This document shows positions 18,465 through 28,049 of a stretch of 64,000 nt of DNA, piece after piece. A program made the position numbers and the translations under genes. Every line of letters starts with the position of its first letter. The first letter of the stretch is position 1. The notes beneath the pieces are model-generated. The model had not been told where the DNA came from and did no database searches. It saw only the letters and a list, made by a program, of their open reading frames with translations. The DNA is from Candidatus Woesearchaeota archaeon (GTDB taxonomy: Archaea > Nanobdellota > Nanobdellia > Woesearchaeales > 21-14-0-10-32-9): assembly GCA_047602735.1 (NCBI GenBank), contig JBLKOK010000001.1:78261-142260 (forward strand). Direction: 5' to 3'.

Positions 18465-19348
18465 ATATTACTAAAGAAGAAATACTGAGTGTTGTAAAAG
18501 ATAAAGGACCGATAATTCCTTTAGATATTAAAAGAGCTCTTAATAAAGGAGATTCTATGATCATAGGAGCTATGCTCAGCCAACTCATAAATTCTGGAGA
18601 GGTTAAAATTACTAATGTTAAACTTGGAAGCAGTCCGTTTTATTATGTTAAAGAACAACTAGAAAAGTTAGAAGAACTCTCAGAGTATTTGAATGAAAAA
18701 GATAAAAGAGCATACAATTTACTTAGAGAAGAAAAAGTATTAAGAGATAATAAGCTAGAGCCAATAGAGAGAGTTAGTTTAAGAAACATACCTGATTTTT
18801 CAAAGAAATTAGTTGTTAGCATAAGCGGAGAAAAAGAGATATTTTGGAAATATTATTTGCTTTCAGATAATCAAGGAGTAGAAGTTATAAAACAAAAAAT
18901 TATTCCACAAAAACAAATAGCTAAAAAACAAGAAGAGAAGAAAGAACCTCAAAAACCTGTTCAAAAAGAACCAGCTGTGGAAACTAAAAAAGAGGTTAAA
19001 GAACAACAAAAAACTCTTGAAGACGATAATGATAGAAGTGAATTTGAAAATATGCTAAGAACTTATTTTGATGCACAAGGAATAATAGTGGTTAAAAAAG
19101 AAGTTGTAAGAAAGAATTCAGAATACGATTTTAATATTAGATTGAGAACTGCTCTTGGTGACGCAGAATTTTATTGTAAAGCTAGAAATAAGAAAAAAGT
19201 GCCTGATGGAGACATAGCAGATGCTTATCTTCAAGGTCTTATAAAAAGAAGCCCAACTGTTTTTATTACAAACGGAGAAGTTGCAAAAAAAAGCAAAGAT
19301 AAACTTAAAACACATTATAAAGGACTTATAATTAAAGAGATAAAATGA
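18461..19348 (+). CDS. Winged-helix protein with a C-terminal Mrr-like (PD-(D/E)xK) domain
   Basis: N-terminal wH (DIKRALNKGDSMIIGAMLSQLINSGEV), a Lys/Glu/Pro linker, and a C-terminal YDFNIRL...AEFYCKARNKKKVPDGDIADAYLQG resembling Mrr_cat. It has 4-nt overlaps with both neighbours. Confidence 0.45.
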   Translation: MNITKEEILSVVKDKGPIIPLDIKRALNKGDSMIIGAMLSQLINSGEVKITNVKLGSSPFYYVKEQLEKLEELSEYLNEKDKRAYNLLREEKVLRDNKLEPIERVSLRNIPDFSKKLVVSISGEKEIFWKYYLLSDNQGVEVIKQKIIPQKQIAKKQEEKKEPQKPVQKEPAVETKKEVKEQQKTLEDDNDRSEFENMLRTYFDAQGIIVVKKEVVRKNSEYDFNIRLRTALGDAEFYCKARNKKKVPDGDIADAYLQGLIKRSPTVFITNGEVAKKSKDKLKTHYKGLIIKEIK

Positions 19349-21075
19349 AAGAAAACTGGGATTTTAAAGAATTAGAAGTAGATGAAAAAAAAACTTTGAA
19401 AGAAGTTGAAGACAATACAAACTTAATAGCTAGCTATAAGAACAAACAAATAAGCGTTAGTGAGCTTAAAAAAATACTTGATTTAAAACAAGAAATAAAA
19501 TCAGGCTTTGGAAAACTATATGCTTATTATTCTTTAAAACAAAGTCTTAATACAGAAGATACAAAAGCACTTAGTAAACTAGGTTTGTTTCAAGATATAA
19601 GTAACGATATTAGTAATAAAACAAGGTTTGTTTCAATATGGTTTTCTAGATTAAGTAAAGAAGAAGCAAAAAAGTATTATGAAAGTAAAGAGCTTGAAGA
19701 ATATAAATATCATCTTAAAAATCTTATAAAAAATAAGAAGTATATTTTAGACGAAGATAAAGAAGAGATAATAAGTATAAAAAATATTTCAGGAGCAGAC
19801 GCAATAGTAGATATTTATGATATACTAACTAGTAGATATGAGTATGATTGGGAGGGAGAAATAGTTACCCAAGAACATGTTACTAGTTTTTTTAATAATT
19901 CAGATCCTAAGAAAAGAGAAAAAGCATACCAATTAGTTTTAGGTAAGTACAAAGAAGAAAGCGTTTTGTTATCTGAAATATACAAAAATATTGTTAAAGA
20001 TTGGTATAATGAAGCAATAAAGATTAGAAAATATAAAAGCTCAATTAGTGTTAGAAATGTTTCTAATGATGTATCTGATAAATCAGTAGAAGTACTGCTT
20101 AAGGTTTGTGAGAAAAATGTTAAGGTTTTTTCTGAGTACTTTAAATTAAAACATGAATTAAATAAAGGTAAATATGAAAATAGTCGGTATCATATATATG
20201 CTCCTTTAGATATTAAACAAAAAAAATATAGTTATGAAGAGAGTAAGAAAATTGTTTTAGATACATTTGAAGAGTTTGATAAAAGAATGTATGATGCTGC
20301 TTTAAGGATTTTTGATAAAGGACACGTCGATAGTCACCCATATAAGAATAAAAGAGGAGGCGCATTTTGTTACTCACCTACAAGTAAGGTAACACCATAT
20401 ATTTTGTTAAATCATACAGATAATTTAAAAGATGTATTTACTATGATTCATGAGTTAGGTCATGGACTTCATAGTTTAGCTGCAAGTAAACATAATGAAT
20501 ATAATTTTCATGCAAACTTACCTTTAGCTGAGACGGCTAGTATTTTTAGTGAAAACCTGCTTGCAAATAAGATGCTTAGAGAAACAAAAAAAGACGAAGA
20601 AAAAATAGATATACTTAGAGAAATAATAGATTCTTCATATGCAAGTATAGGTCGCCAATCATTTTTTGTATTATTTGAATTAAAAGCACATGAAGCCGTT
20701 ATGAGAGGAGCTACAAAAGAAGAAATAGATGAGATTTATTATGATATATTAAAAAAACAATTTGGAGATATGCCTATACCAGATGAATATAAACATGAAT
20801 GGAACTACATACCACACATTCACAGATCGCCATTTTATTGTTATGCATATGCTTGGGGCAACTTGTTAGTTCTTAGTCTTTATGCAATGTATGAAAAAGA
20901 AGGTGAGAGCTTTAAAGATAAATATTGGAATATTCTTAGTGCAGGAGGAAGTAAAAATCCCCAAGAACTATTGCTTGAAGCAGGAATAGATGTTGAAAAA
21001 GAAGAGTTTTGGCAACAAGGATTTGATATTATAAAAAGAAGAATAAAAGAATTCAAAGGACTTGTTAAATCCTAA
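19345..21075 (+). CDS. pepF: Oligoendopeptidase F (M3B metallopeptidase)
   Basis: HELGHGLH zinc motif; length and overall pattern are typical of PepF. Confidence 0.8.
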   Translation: MKENWDFKELEVDEKKTLKEVEDNTNLIASYKNKQISVSELKKILDLKQEIKSGFGKLYAYYSLKQSLNTEDTKALSKLGLFQDISNDISNKTRFVSIWFSRLSKEEAKKYYESKELEEYKYHLKNLIKNKKYILDEDKEEIISIKNISGADAIVDIYDILTSRYEYDWEGEIVTQEHVTSFFNNSDPKKREKAYQLVLGKYKEESVLLSEIYKNIVKDWYNEAIKIRKYKSSISVRNVSNDVSDKSVEVLLKVCEKNVKVFSEYFKLKHELNKGKYENSRYHIYAPLDIKQKKYSYEESKKIVLDTFEEFDKRMYDAALRIFDKGHVDSHPYKNKRGGAFCYSPTSKVTPYILLNHTDNLKDVFTMIHELGHGLHSLAASKHNEYNFHANLPLAETASIFSENLLANKMLRETKKDEEKIDILREIIDSSYASIGRQSFFVLFELKAHEAVMRGATKEEIDEIYYDILKKQFGDMPIPDEYKHEWNYIPHIHRSPFYCYAYAWGNLLVLSLYAMYEKEGESFKDKYWNILSAGGSKNPQELLLEAGIDVEKEEFWQQGFDIIKRRIKEFKGLVKS

Positions 21076-21454
21076 ATTCGAACCATTTAACTTTTTTATT
21101 TTTAATAACTTCTTTTAAGTCCTTTTCGTTTTTTGAAAGATTACTGTTAGATGTTTTTACTTCAACAAATATTACTTCTTCAATTTTTTTGTTAGATAAA
21201 CCCTTAAACACTAAGAAATCCACTGGTTTTCCAATAAATCTTGCATCAGCAGCATCATATTCAAAACCTGGAAGAAAAGGAGCTAATTGTTCAGATATTT
21301 GACCTTGCATTACCGCCCTACTTCTGTTTGCTGCATCTTTTCTAGCATCTAATAATCTTTGTTTAAAACTTTTTTCAGAACTTAACTTTCCGATAAGTCT
21401 GCCAATAAAAAAGGCTATTAAGATTAAGAATGTTAGTAATAAATAAATCCACAT
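21065..21454 (-). CDS. Membrane-anchored PD-(D/E)xK nuclease-like protein (Holliday-junction-resolvase-related fold)
   Basis: N-terminal TM, then PVDFLVF...IFVEVKTS (D...E-x-K). Confidence 0.5.
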   Translation of the reverse strand: MWIYLLLTFLILIAFFIGRLIGKLSSEKSFKQRLLDARKDAANRSRAVMQGQISEQLAPFLPGFEYDAADARFIGKPVDFLVFKGLSNKKIEEVIFVEVKTSNSNLSKNEKDLKEVIKNKKVKWFEFRI

Positions 21455-21482
21455 AATATAATTAGAATTGTTTAAGTTTAAA

Positions 21483-22031
21483 TTATTTACTTATAGTAGA
21501 ATAATTACTTTCTTGCTTAAAGTTAACATTTAATATTAATTCAAGAGGTATATGTACTTGATAATTAAACGGTGAAATGTTTAAAGCATTAGGCGCAATT
21601 ATATCATTAGTTGTTTTAGATAGTTTATTCATTTTTTTCCATTCAGGTTCTTTAGCTAAAAACATTGCTTTATTATATACCACTCCTCTTAGAAGGGATG
21701 GTTTAAAAGAACCATTTTTTATTTTTCCCTCTTCAACTATTGGTTCAAAATTAAATCCTAAGCTATTAGCAGCTTTTTTATACATAGGTAAAGGACGCTC
21801 AAAATCATGTTCTTGATAAACAAAACTTAGACTTTCAATATTTTTATCAAAACCTAAATCAACAGATTTAGTTAATACCTCACTCCAAAAAGCAGCAGCA
21901 TCTATTGCTTGATCATTAGAACTTGGCTGATCTGTTGAAATAAATAAAGGAGAGTCATATCCTCCAATAATTTGAGACTTTGATTCGTATTTACTTGCAG
22001 CTTCCTTCACATAATCTGTTAATTCTTTCAT
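21483..22031 (-). CDS. Hypothetical protein (182 aa)
   Basis: ORF only. Confidence 0.45.
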   Translation of the reverse strand: MKELTDYVKEAASKYESKSQIIGGYDSPLFISTDQPSSNDQAIDAAAFWSEVLTKSVDLGFDKNIESLSFVYQEHDFERPLPMYKKAANSLGFNFEPIVEEGKIKNGSFKPSLLRGVVYNKAMFLAKEPEWKKMNKLSKTTNDIIAPNALNISPFNYQVHIPLELILNVNFKQESNYSTISK

Positions 22032-22143
22032 TTTTATTAGTATTATTTTTTTATTTATAAATATTTCTAAATATTTATTACTTAATAGTGAATAATAATT
22101 ATTCGGATTAATTTTTTATATGAAGAATTATTTTAACTAATGT

Positions 22144-23166
22144 ATGGGTTCTAAAATAACTGACTTGTTAGAAGGAAAAGAAATCAAAGTTGAAAGTCTT
22201 GCAGGAAAAGTACTTGCAGTGGATGCTTTTAACACACTCTACATGTTTTTAACAACTATTAGAGGACCAGACGGAAGTCCTCTTATGACAAGAGAAGGAA
22301 AAATAACAAGCCACATACAAGGACTTATAAGCAGATTTACAAATTATAGCGAAAAAGGACTTAAATTCGTGTTTGTCTTTGATGGAACACCACCAAAATT
22401 AAAATCAGAAGAATCTAAAAGACGAAAGAGCTTAAAAGAAGAAGCAAAAAAACTCTACAAAGAAGCAAAAGACAAAGACGATGTAGAAAACATGAAAAAA
22501 TATGCTGCAAGAAGCGTTTTTTTAACAGATGAAATGATTGAAGAAACAAAAGAGCTTCTAAAAATAATGGGAATTCCTGTTGTTCAAGCACCAAGCGAAG
22601 GAGAAGCACAAGCAGCACATCTTGTAAAAAAAGGAGATGCATACGCAGTAGTTAGTCAAGACGCAGATTCATTGCTTAACGGAGCTTTAAGAGTTATAAA
22701 AAATATGTCTATTACTGGTAGAAGAAAACTTCCAGGAAACTTAGGTTATAAAACATTAGAACCAGAACTGATTGAATTAAAACCAAACTTAGAAAAACTA
22801 GCTTTAACACAAGACGAGCTTATAATGCTCGCCATACTTATTGGAACAGATTATAATTATGGAGGAGTTAAAGGTATTGGTCCTAAAAAAGGTATAAAGC
22901 TTGTAAAAAAAGAAAAAGAAAAAAGCTTTGAAACAATAAATTGGGAAGAACACTTTGATATAGAGTGGAAAGATATCTTTGATACAATTAAAGATATGCC
23001 AATAACAGATGATTACGAGCTTAGATGGCAAAACCCGGATTATGATAAGCTAAGAGAGTTTTTAGAAAAAAGAGATTTTAGTGAGAACAGAATAGATAGT
23101 ACTCTTAGAAAGATTAAGTATGCAGAAGATAAAAATAAACAAAAAGGTTTAAGTGAATTCTTTTAA
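22144..23166 (+). CDS. fen: Flap endonuclease 1
   Basis: AVDAFNTLYMFLTTIRGPDGSPL, the I-domain SEGEAQAAHL...SQDADSL, H3TH GTDYN..GVKGIGPKKG and a C-terminal PIP-like GLSEFF. Confidence 0.95.
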   Translation: MGSKITDLLEGKEIKVESLAGKVLAVDAFNTLYMFLTTIRGPDGSPLMTREGKITSHIQGLISRFTNYSEKGLKFVFVFDGTPPKLKSEESKRRKSLKEEAKKLYKEAKDKDDVENMKKYAARSVFLTDEMIEETKELLKIMGIPVVQAPSEGEAQAAHLVKKGDAYAVVSQDADSLLNGALRVIKNMSITGRRKLPGNLGYKTLEPELIELKPNLEKLALTQDELIMLAILIGTDYNYGGVKGIGPKKGIKLVKKEKEKSFETINWEEHFDIEWKDIFDTIKDMPITDDYELRWQNPDYDKLREFLEKRDFSENRIDSTLRKIKYAEDKNKQKGLSEFF

Positions 23167-24284
23167 ACTTTTAATAAAAAATCAGCTAATTTTTTTGGAG
23201 CAGACTCTCTTCTTTTTTGATGAGCTAATATAAACTCAGATATTTTTTCTATGGCATAACCTTTAAGTTCACCAGATAAAAGTTTTCCTGACTTGTAATC
23301 TTTTTCTAGCTCAGCTAGTTTTTCATCAGATTCTTCAAACATATATCTTAAGTATTGAAACGATACATCAATGTCTGGGTTTCCACCTTTTTTTCTGTGT
23401 TCTTCTAAAGTGTCTTGTCCTCCAGATAAAGCGTATTTGTTTATTTTTTTCTTTATTTGATTTGGAGTGTCAGTTGTTAGAATACTTTTTAGCGATTCAG
23501 TGCTGCTCATCTTACCTTGGTTTCCTGTAAGAGGAGGTAAAAAGGAACATTGTATACTTGCAGGCTTGTAATGACCTAGCTTTGGTAGTATGTCTCTTGT
23601 TATTCTAAAATGAGGATCTTGATCTACTGCGTGAGGTATGAGACACGGTATTTTTTTATTTTGTAATATGCTTGGAAGAAACGAAGGAACTGTTTGCATA
23701 GAAGTATAAAAAATAGAACCAATATTTGAGCTATCATTAAATCCAAAGCTTGATTTTATTGTTGAAAAAGTTATTTTTTTTGCTACCTTGATTGCTTCAG
23801 GATATAGTATTCCTGCATGTTTTGTGTTTACTATGAAATGTGTTTTTTTAGGATTGAACCCTACAGCTATTACATCTAACATGTTTTGATTAGTCCAATC
23901 TTGTATTTCTTCATACGACTTGTCTTTATACAAAAATTTTTCGTCATCTGTAAACTGAAAATATAATTCGACGTCAAATACGTCTTGAAGCCACTTAGTG
24001 AAATACCAAACCATCATGTGACCAATATGTATAGGTCCTGATGGTCCACATCCAGTGTATAAAAAGAATTTGTTCCCTTTTTCATATTCGTCAAATAACC
24101 ATTTTAAGTCTCTGTGAGCAAAAAATATTTGTCTTTTAAGCATTGGATGTAATTCTTTTGTATGCTTTTTTATTCTAAGAAGTAAATCATCATCTATTTT
24201 AGATAAACCAAATTCTTTTACTAATTTATCATAATTTACCTCACCTTTTACATCATAAGGATCAACTTTTGAATGATTTGTCAT
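23163..24284 (-). CDS. trpS: Tryptophanyl-tRNA synthetase (archaeal/eukaryotic type)
   Basis: YTGCGPSGPIHIGHMM (HIGH) and KMSST (KMSKS), with a Trp-type N-terminal region. Confidence 0.85.
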   Translation of the reverse strand: MTNHSKVDPYDVKGEVNYDKLVKEFGLSKIDDDLLLRIKKHTKELHPMLKRQIFFAHRDLKWLFDEYEKGNKFFLYTGCGPSGPIHIGHMMVWYFTKWLQDVFDVELYFQFTDDEKFLYKDKSYEEIQDWTNQNMLDVIAVGFNPKKTHFIVNTKHAGILYPEAIKVAKKITFSTIKSSFGFNDSSNIGSIFYTSMQTVPSFLPSILQNKKIPCLIPHAVDQDPHFRITRDILPKLGHYKPASIQCSFLPPLTGNQGKMSSTESLKSILTTDTPNQIKKKINKYALSGGQDTLEEHRKKGGNPDIDVSFQYLRYMFEESDEKLAELEKDYKSGKLLSGELKGYAIEKISEFILAHQKRRESAPKKLADFLLKV

Positions 24285-24329
24285 AAATATAAAAAATAGA
24301 ATAAGAATTAATAAAACTATCGAAAAAGC

Positions 24330-25721
24330 TTATTTTTTAGAAACTTTTTTATGATAATCCATTAAATCTTTTATACCATGAACCTCTACTAAGTTAGATA
24401 CTTGCTCTTGATTAGTTTTTACACCTGCAAAGAAAACTATGTTATCTGATTCCTTTATTTCTTTCTTTTCTAAAAGATCTAAAGATACCATTGTTATCAT
24501 AGCAGATACAGGAACCGTATCAACAAGAACCGATTTTACTCCCCAAACAAGTTTTGATTTTCTATGAGTTAAAGAATCATCAGTAACAGATATTACAGGA
24601 TTTCTAAATCTAAATCTACTTATTAGCCTTGCACTGTATCCACTTCTTGTAATAGTAACTAATTTATCTGCTTTAATCCTAAACATTAAATCATACGCTG
24701 ATTTTGATAATTCTTCAGATAAATCTCCAGGTATGTTAAAATCTATTGTAGGTTTTACTTTATTTTCAACTTCAACAGCTACTTTATCCATTACTTTAAC
24801 TGAATGAACAGGATATTTACCCGCAGCGGTTTCTCCAGATAACATTATAGCATCTGCACCGTCAAGTATAGCGTTTGCAACGTCACTTATTTCTGCTCTT
24901 GTAGGCGTTTTATTTTCAACCATAGATTCAAGCATCTGAGTCGCCACAATACTTATTTTTGCTTTTTGATTAGTTTTTGTTATTATTTCTTTTTGTATTA
25001 GAGGTATTTTTTCTTCTTCAAGCTCTATTCCAAGATCTCCTCTAGCAACCATTATACCATCGCTGTTATCTATTATTTCATCGATGTTTTTTACTCCTTC
25101 CCAATTTTCTATTTTACTTATTATACCTACATCTAGCTCCCCTATTAACTCTTTTAGATCTAAAATGTCTTGTTTTGACCTGACAAAACTAAGAGCAATG
25201 TATTCAATATTGTGATTTAATGCAAATTCTACTGCCTCAACATCTTTTTTAGACAGACTAGGAATCTTAAGACTTGCATTAGGTATGTTTACACCTTTGT
25301 TTTGTTTTAGGATATAATCGTCAAAGAATTTTATTTTTATTTTCCCTTCTTCTTTTTTTGTGATTTTACCATATAAGTTTCCGTTATCAAAAAATACTCT
25401 ATCCCCTATACTTATCTCTTTATAGAAATTGTAACTAAAATACGGGAGGTCTCCTTTTTTGAAATCAAACGTGTGAGTGGTATTTTTTAATATATTTAGA
25501 TCTTGTGATAATCTTATTCTTATTTCAGGACCTTTTATATCTATCATTATTGGAGCATCACTCACATCTCTTATTTTATTAATTATGGATTCGTATTGGT
25601 CAAAATCTCCATGTGCAGTGTTTATTCTAAAACAATTAACATCTAAGTCTGAAAGTTTTTTTAATACGTCTAAATCAAATGAACTTGGTCCTACTGTTGC
25701 TACTATTTTTGTTTTTCTCAT
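24330..25721 (-). CDS. pyk: Pyruvate kinase
   Basis: MRKTKIVATVGPSS, FRINTAHG, MVARGDLGIE and ATQMLESM. Confidence 0.95.
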   Translation of the reverse strand: MRKTKIVATVGPSSFDLDVLKKLSDLDVNCFRINTAHGDFDQYESIINKIRDVSDAPIMIDIKGPEIRIRLSQDLNILKNTTHTFDFKKGDLPYFSYNFYKEISIGDRVFFDNGNLYGKITKKEEGKIKIKFFDDYILKQNKGVNIPNASLKIPSLSKKDVEAVEFALNHNIEYIALSFVRSKQDILDLKELIGELDVGIISKIENWEGVKNIDEIIDNSDGIMVARGDLGIELEEEKIPLIQKEIITKTNQKAKISIVATQMLESMVENKTPTRAEISDVANAILDGADAIMLSGETAAGKYPVHSVKVMDKVAVEVENKVKPTIDFNIPGDLSEELSKSAYDLMFRIKADKLVTITRSGYSARLISRFRFRNPVISVTDDSLTHRKSKLVWGVKSVLVDTVPVSAMITMVSLDLLEKKEIKESDNIVFFAGVKTNQEQVSNLVEVHGIKDLMDYHKKVSKK

Positions 25722-25803
25722 ATCTTTTTTTGAATTTGGTTTTGTTAATAAATCTTACTAAAAAAAAGACTACATATAAATATGTAAAAAATATTATTTT
25801 TTT

Positions 25804-26805
25804 ATGAAAGCAATAAAGGTGTTGTTAAAAGACGCTGAGAAAGTTAAAAAAGAATTAATTTCTAAAAAAGTATTAGATTTAGATTATAAAGCTAAAAAAG
25901 ATTCTGAACACATATATTTTGGTGTTAAAAAAAGTATCAAAGGATATGATTTAGTTGAAGTAGAACTTGATAAAACAAAAGCTAAAATAAAAAGTTTAAG
26001 AGATGCTCTGAAAAAAGAGTTAGATAAAAAAGAATTAGAACTAGTTAAAACCAGTTATGATGTTATAGGAAGTATAGCGATATTAGAAATTGATGATGAA
26101 ATAAGAAGTAAAGAAAAACTTATTGCAAATAAATTATTAGAAGTTAATAAAACAATTAAAACAGTTTTGAGAAAAGATAGTAAACACGAAGGAAAGTATA
26201 GAACTCAAAAATTTAAGTGGCTTTCAGGTGAAAAGACAAAAGAAACAATTCATAAAGAAAATGGTGTGTTGATTAAATTAGATGTTGAAAATGTTTATTT
26301 TTCTCCAAGACTTGGTAATGATAGAAAAAGAATATCAGAACTTATTGAAAAAAACGAGGAAGTAGTTGTGGTTGGAAGTGGATGCGGGCCATACCCAATT
26401 GTTTTTTCTAAATTGAGTAAGGCTAAAAAAATAATAGGTATAGAATTTAATAAAAAAGGACATGAATATGCATTTAAAAATAAAGAATTAAATAAGATAC
26501 ATAACGTTGATTTTTTATTAGGAGATGCTAAAGATAAACTTAAAGAAATTAAAGAAATCGATAGGATTGTGCTTGCAACACCAGATAATTCAGCTGATTT
26601 TTATGAAGAATCTTTAAAGGTGGTTAAAAAGGGAGGTACTATTCATTATAATGCGTTTTGTAAAAAAGAAGAGTTTAAACTTCTTAAACAAGAACTTGAA
26701 AAAAAAGCAAAGATACACAATAAAAAAATAAGAATAAGTATTGTTAAAAATGGTCAACACGCACCATACGTTTTTAGAATCAGTGCAGATATAAAAGTTT
26801 TATAA
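25804..26805 (+). CDS. trm5: tRNA (guanine37-N1)-methyltransferase Trm5 / Met-10+ family
   Basis: YDVIGSIAILEI, VYFSPRLGNDRKRI and the SAM motif VVVVGSGCGPY. Confidence 0.8.
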   Translation: MKAIKVLLKDAEKVKKELISKKVLDLDYKAKKDSEHIYFGVKKSIKGYDLVEVELDKTKAKIKSLRDALKKELDKKELELVKTSYDVIGSIAILEIDDEIRSKEKLIANKLLEVNKTIKTVLRKDSKHEGKYRTQKFKWLSGEKTKETIHKENGVLIKLDVENVYFSPRLGNDRKRISELIEKNEEVVVVGSGCGPYPIVFSKLSKAKKIIGIEFNKKGHEYAFKNKELNKIHNVDFLLGDAKDKLKEIKEIDRIVLATPDNSADFYEESLKVVKKGGTIHYNAFCKKEEFKLLKQELEKKAKIHNKKIRISIVKNGQHAPYVFRISADIKVL

Positions 26806-26826
26806 ATAACAACGTATTTTCTTATT

Positions 26827-26886
26827 TTGCGATGATGAAGTGAACACCCGCTGAATAAATGATGAAAACGAGTAACTACTGAGCAA
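26827..26886 (+). ncRNA. C/D box sRNA (2'-O-methylation guide)
   Basis: The layout is UUGC-G-AUGAUGA(C, 26832..26838)-12 nt guide AGUGAACACCCG-CUGA(D', 26851..26854)-AUAA-AUGAUGA(C', 26859..26865)-13 nt guide AAACGAGUAACUA-CUGA(D, 26879..26882)-GCAA. The terminal 4-bp stem is UUGC/GCAA. It sits in the 88-nt gap between trm5 and pan. Confidence 0.85.
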
Positions 26887-26893
26887 CCAATAA

Positions 26894-28024
26894 TTATCCA
26901 AACATTGCCTTATAAGACGTGTCTTCTTCTTTTTTCTTAACTTTTATTATAGCATCTAAGAAGTCTTTTTTGTTTACTTTAGTCTTTTTTTGTCTAATAG
27001 CAAAATATCCAGCTTCTGTACATACAGACTTTACTTCTGCTCCACTCAAACCTTCCATTTTAGTTTCTATATCATCAAAAGTTACTTTGTCCAAACTCAT
27101 TTTCCTAGTGTGAATCTTAAATATTTCTTTAAGACCTTCTTTTGTAGGGTTTGGAACTTCTATTAATCTATCTAGTCTTCCAGGTCTAACAATTGCAGGA
27201 TCTAAAATATCTTTTCTATTAGTACAACCAATTATTTTAACATTATCTAATGGTTCAAATCCGTCTAGCTCTGCTAAGAATTGCATAAATGTTCTTTGAA
27301 CTTCTCTCTCACCACTAGTTCCAACTTCTATTCTTTTAGCTGCAATTGCGTCTATTTCGTCAATAAAAATTACGCTAGGCGCTTTTTCTCTAGCAAGTCT
27401 AAATACTTCTTTTACAAGTTTTGCTCCTTCACCAATGAATTTTTGAACGAGCTCAGAGCCAACTATTTCAATAAACGTGCTTTTAGTGCTTGATGCTACT
27501 GCTTTAGCTAAAAGCGTTTTACCAGTCCCTGGAGGTCCGTACAATAATACTCCTTTTGGAGGAGTTATACCTACTTTTTTGAAAAGTTCAGGCTTTAATA
27601 GAGGAAGTTCTACTACTTCTTGAAGTTCTAATTCTTGATCTTTTAGTCCGCCTATATCACTCCATGAAACAGTTGGTTTTTCTATTATTACAAATTGATC
27701 TACTTCTAAGTTTCTTTCTTTATCTAATCTATCTATTATAGTTAGATTTTTTTGTTCAACTGTTACAGTATCACCTAAGGATAAATCTTTTACGTTATTT
27801 GATTTATTTACTAAGAATTTATTCCCATTAGGAACTTTGATTATAGCTGTACTTTCCATGACTTCGACAACTTCAGCAAGCATTAAAGCAGGACTTCTAT
27901 ATCTATCAAGCTCCATTTTTAACTGAAAGATTGTTTCTCTTAAAATCTTATTTTCTTGATCTAAACTATATAGTTGATCATCAAAATCTTTGTCATCTTC
28001 TCTTTTAGCAGCTTTAGATTTCAT
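26894..28024 (-). CDS. pan: Proteasome-activating nucleotidase (AAA+ ATPase)
   Basis: N-terminal coiled coil and OB segment, GPPGTGKTLLAKAVA, IIFIDEIDA and a second region of homology. Confidence 0.9.
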   Translation of the reverse strand: MKSKAAKREDDKDFDDQLYSLDQENKILRETIFQLKMELDRYRSPALMLAEVVEVMESTAIIKVPNGNKFLVNKSNNVKDLSLGDTVTVEQKNLTIIDRLDKERNLEVDQFVIIEKPTVSWSDIGGLKDQELELQEVVELPLLKPELFKKVGITPPKGVLLYGPPGTGKTLLAKAVASSTKSTFIEIVGSELVQKFIGEGAKLVKEVFRLAREKAPSVIFIDEIDAIAAKRIEVGTSGEREVQRTFMQFLAELDGFEPLDNVKIIGCTNRKDILDPAIVRPGRLDRLIEVPNPTKEGLKEIFKIHTRKMSLDKVTFDDIETKMEGLSGAEVKSVCTEAGYFAIRQKKTKVNKKDFLDAIIKVKKKEEDTSYKAMFG

Positions 28025-28049
28025 AAAAGTAAGTAATAATTAGAACTTT

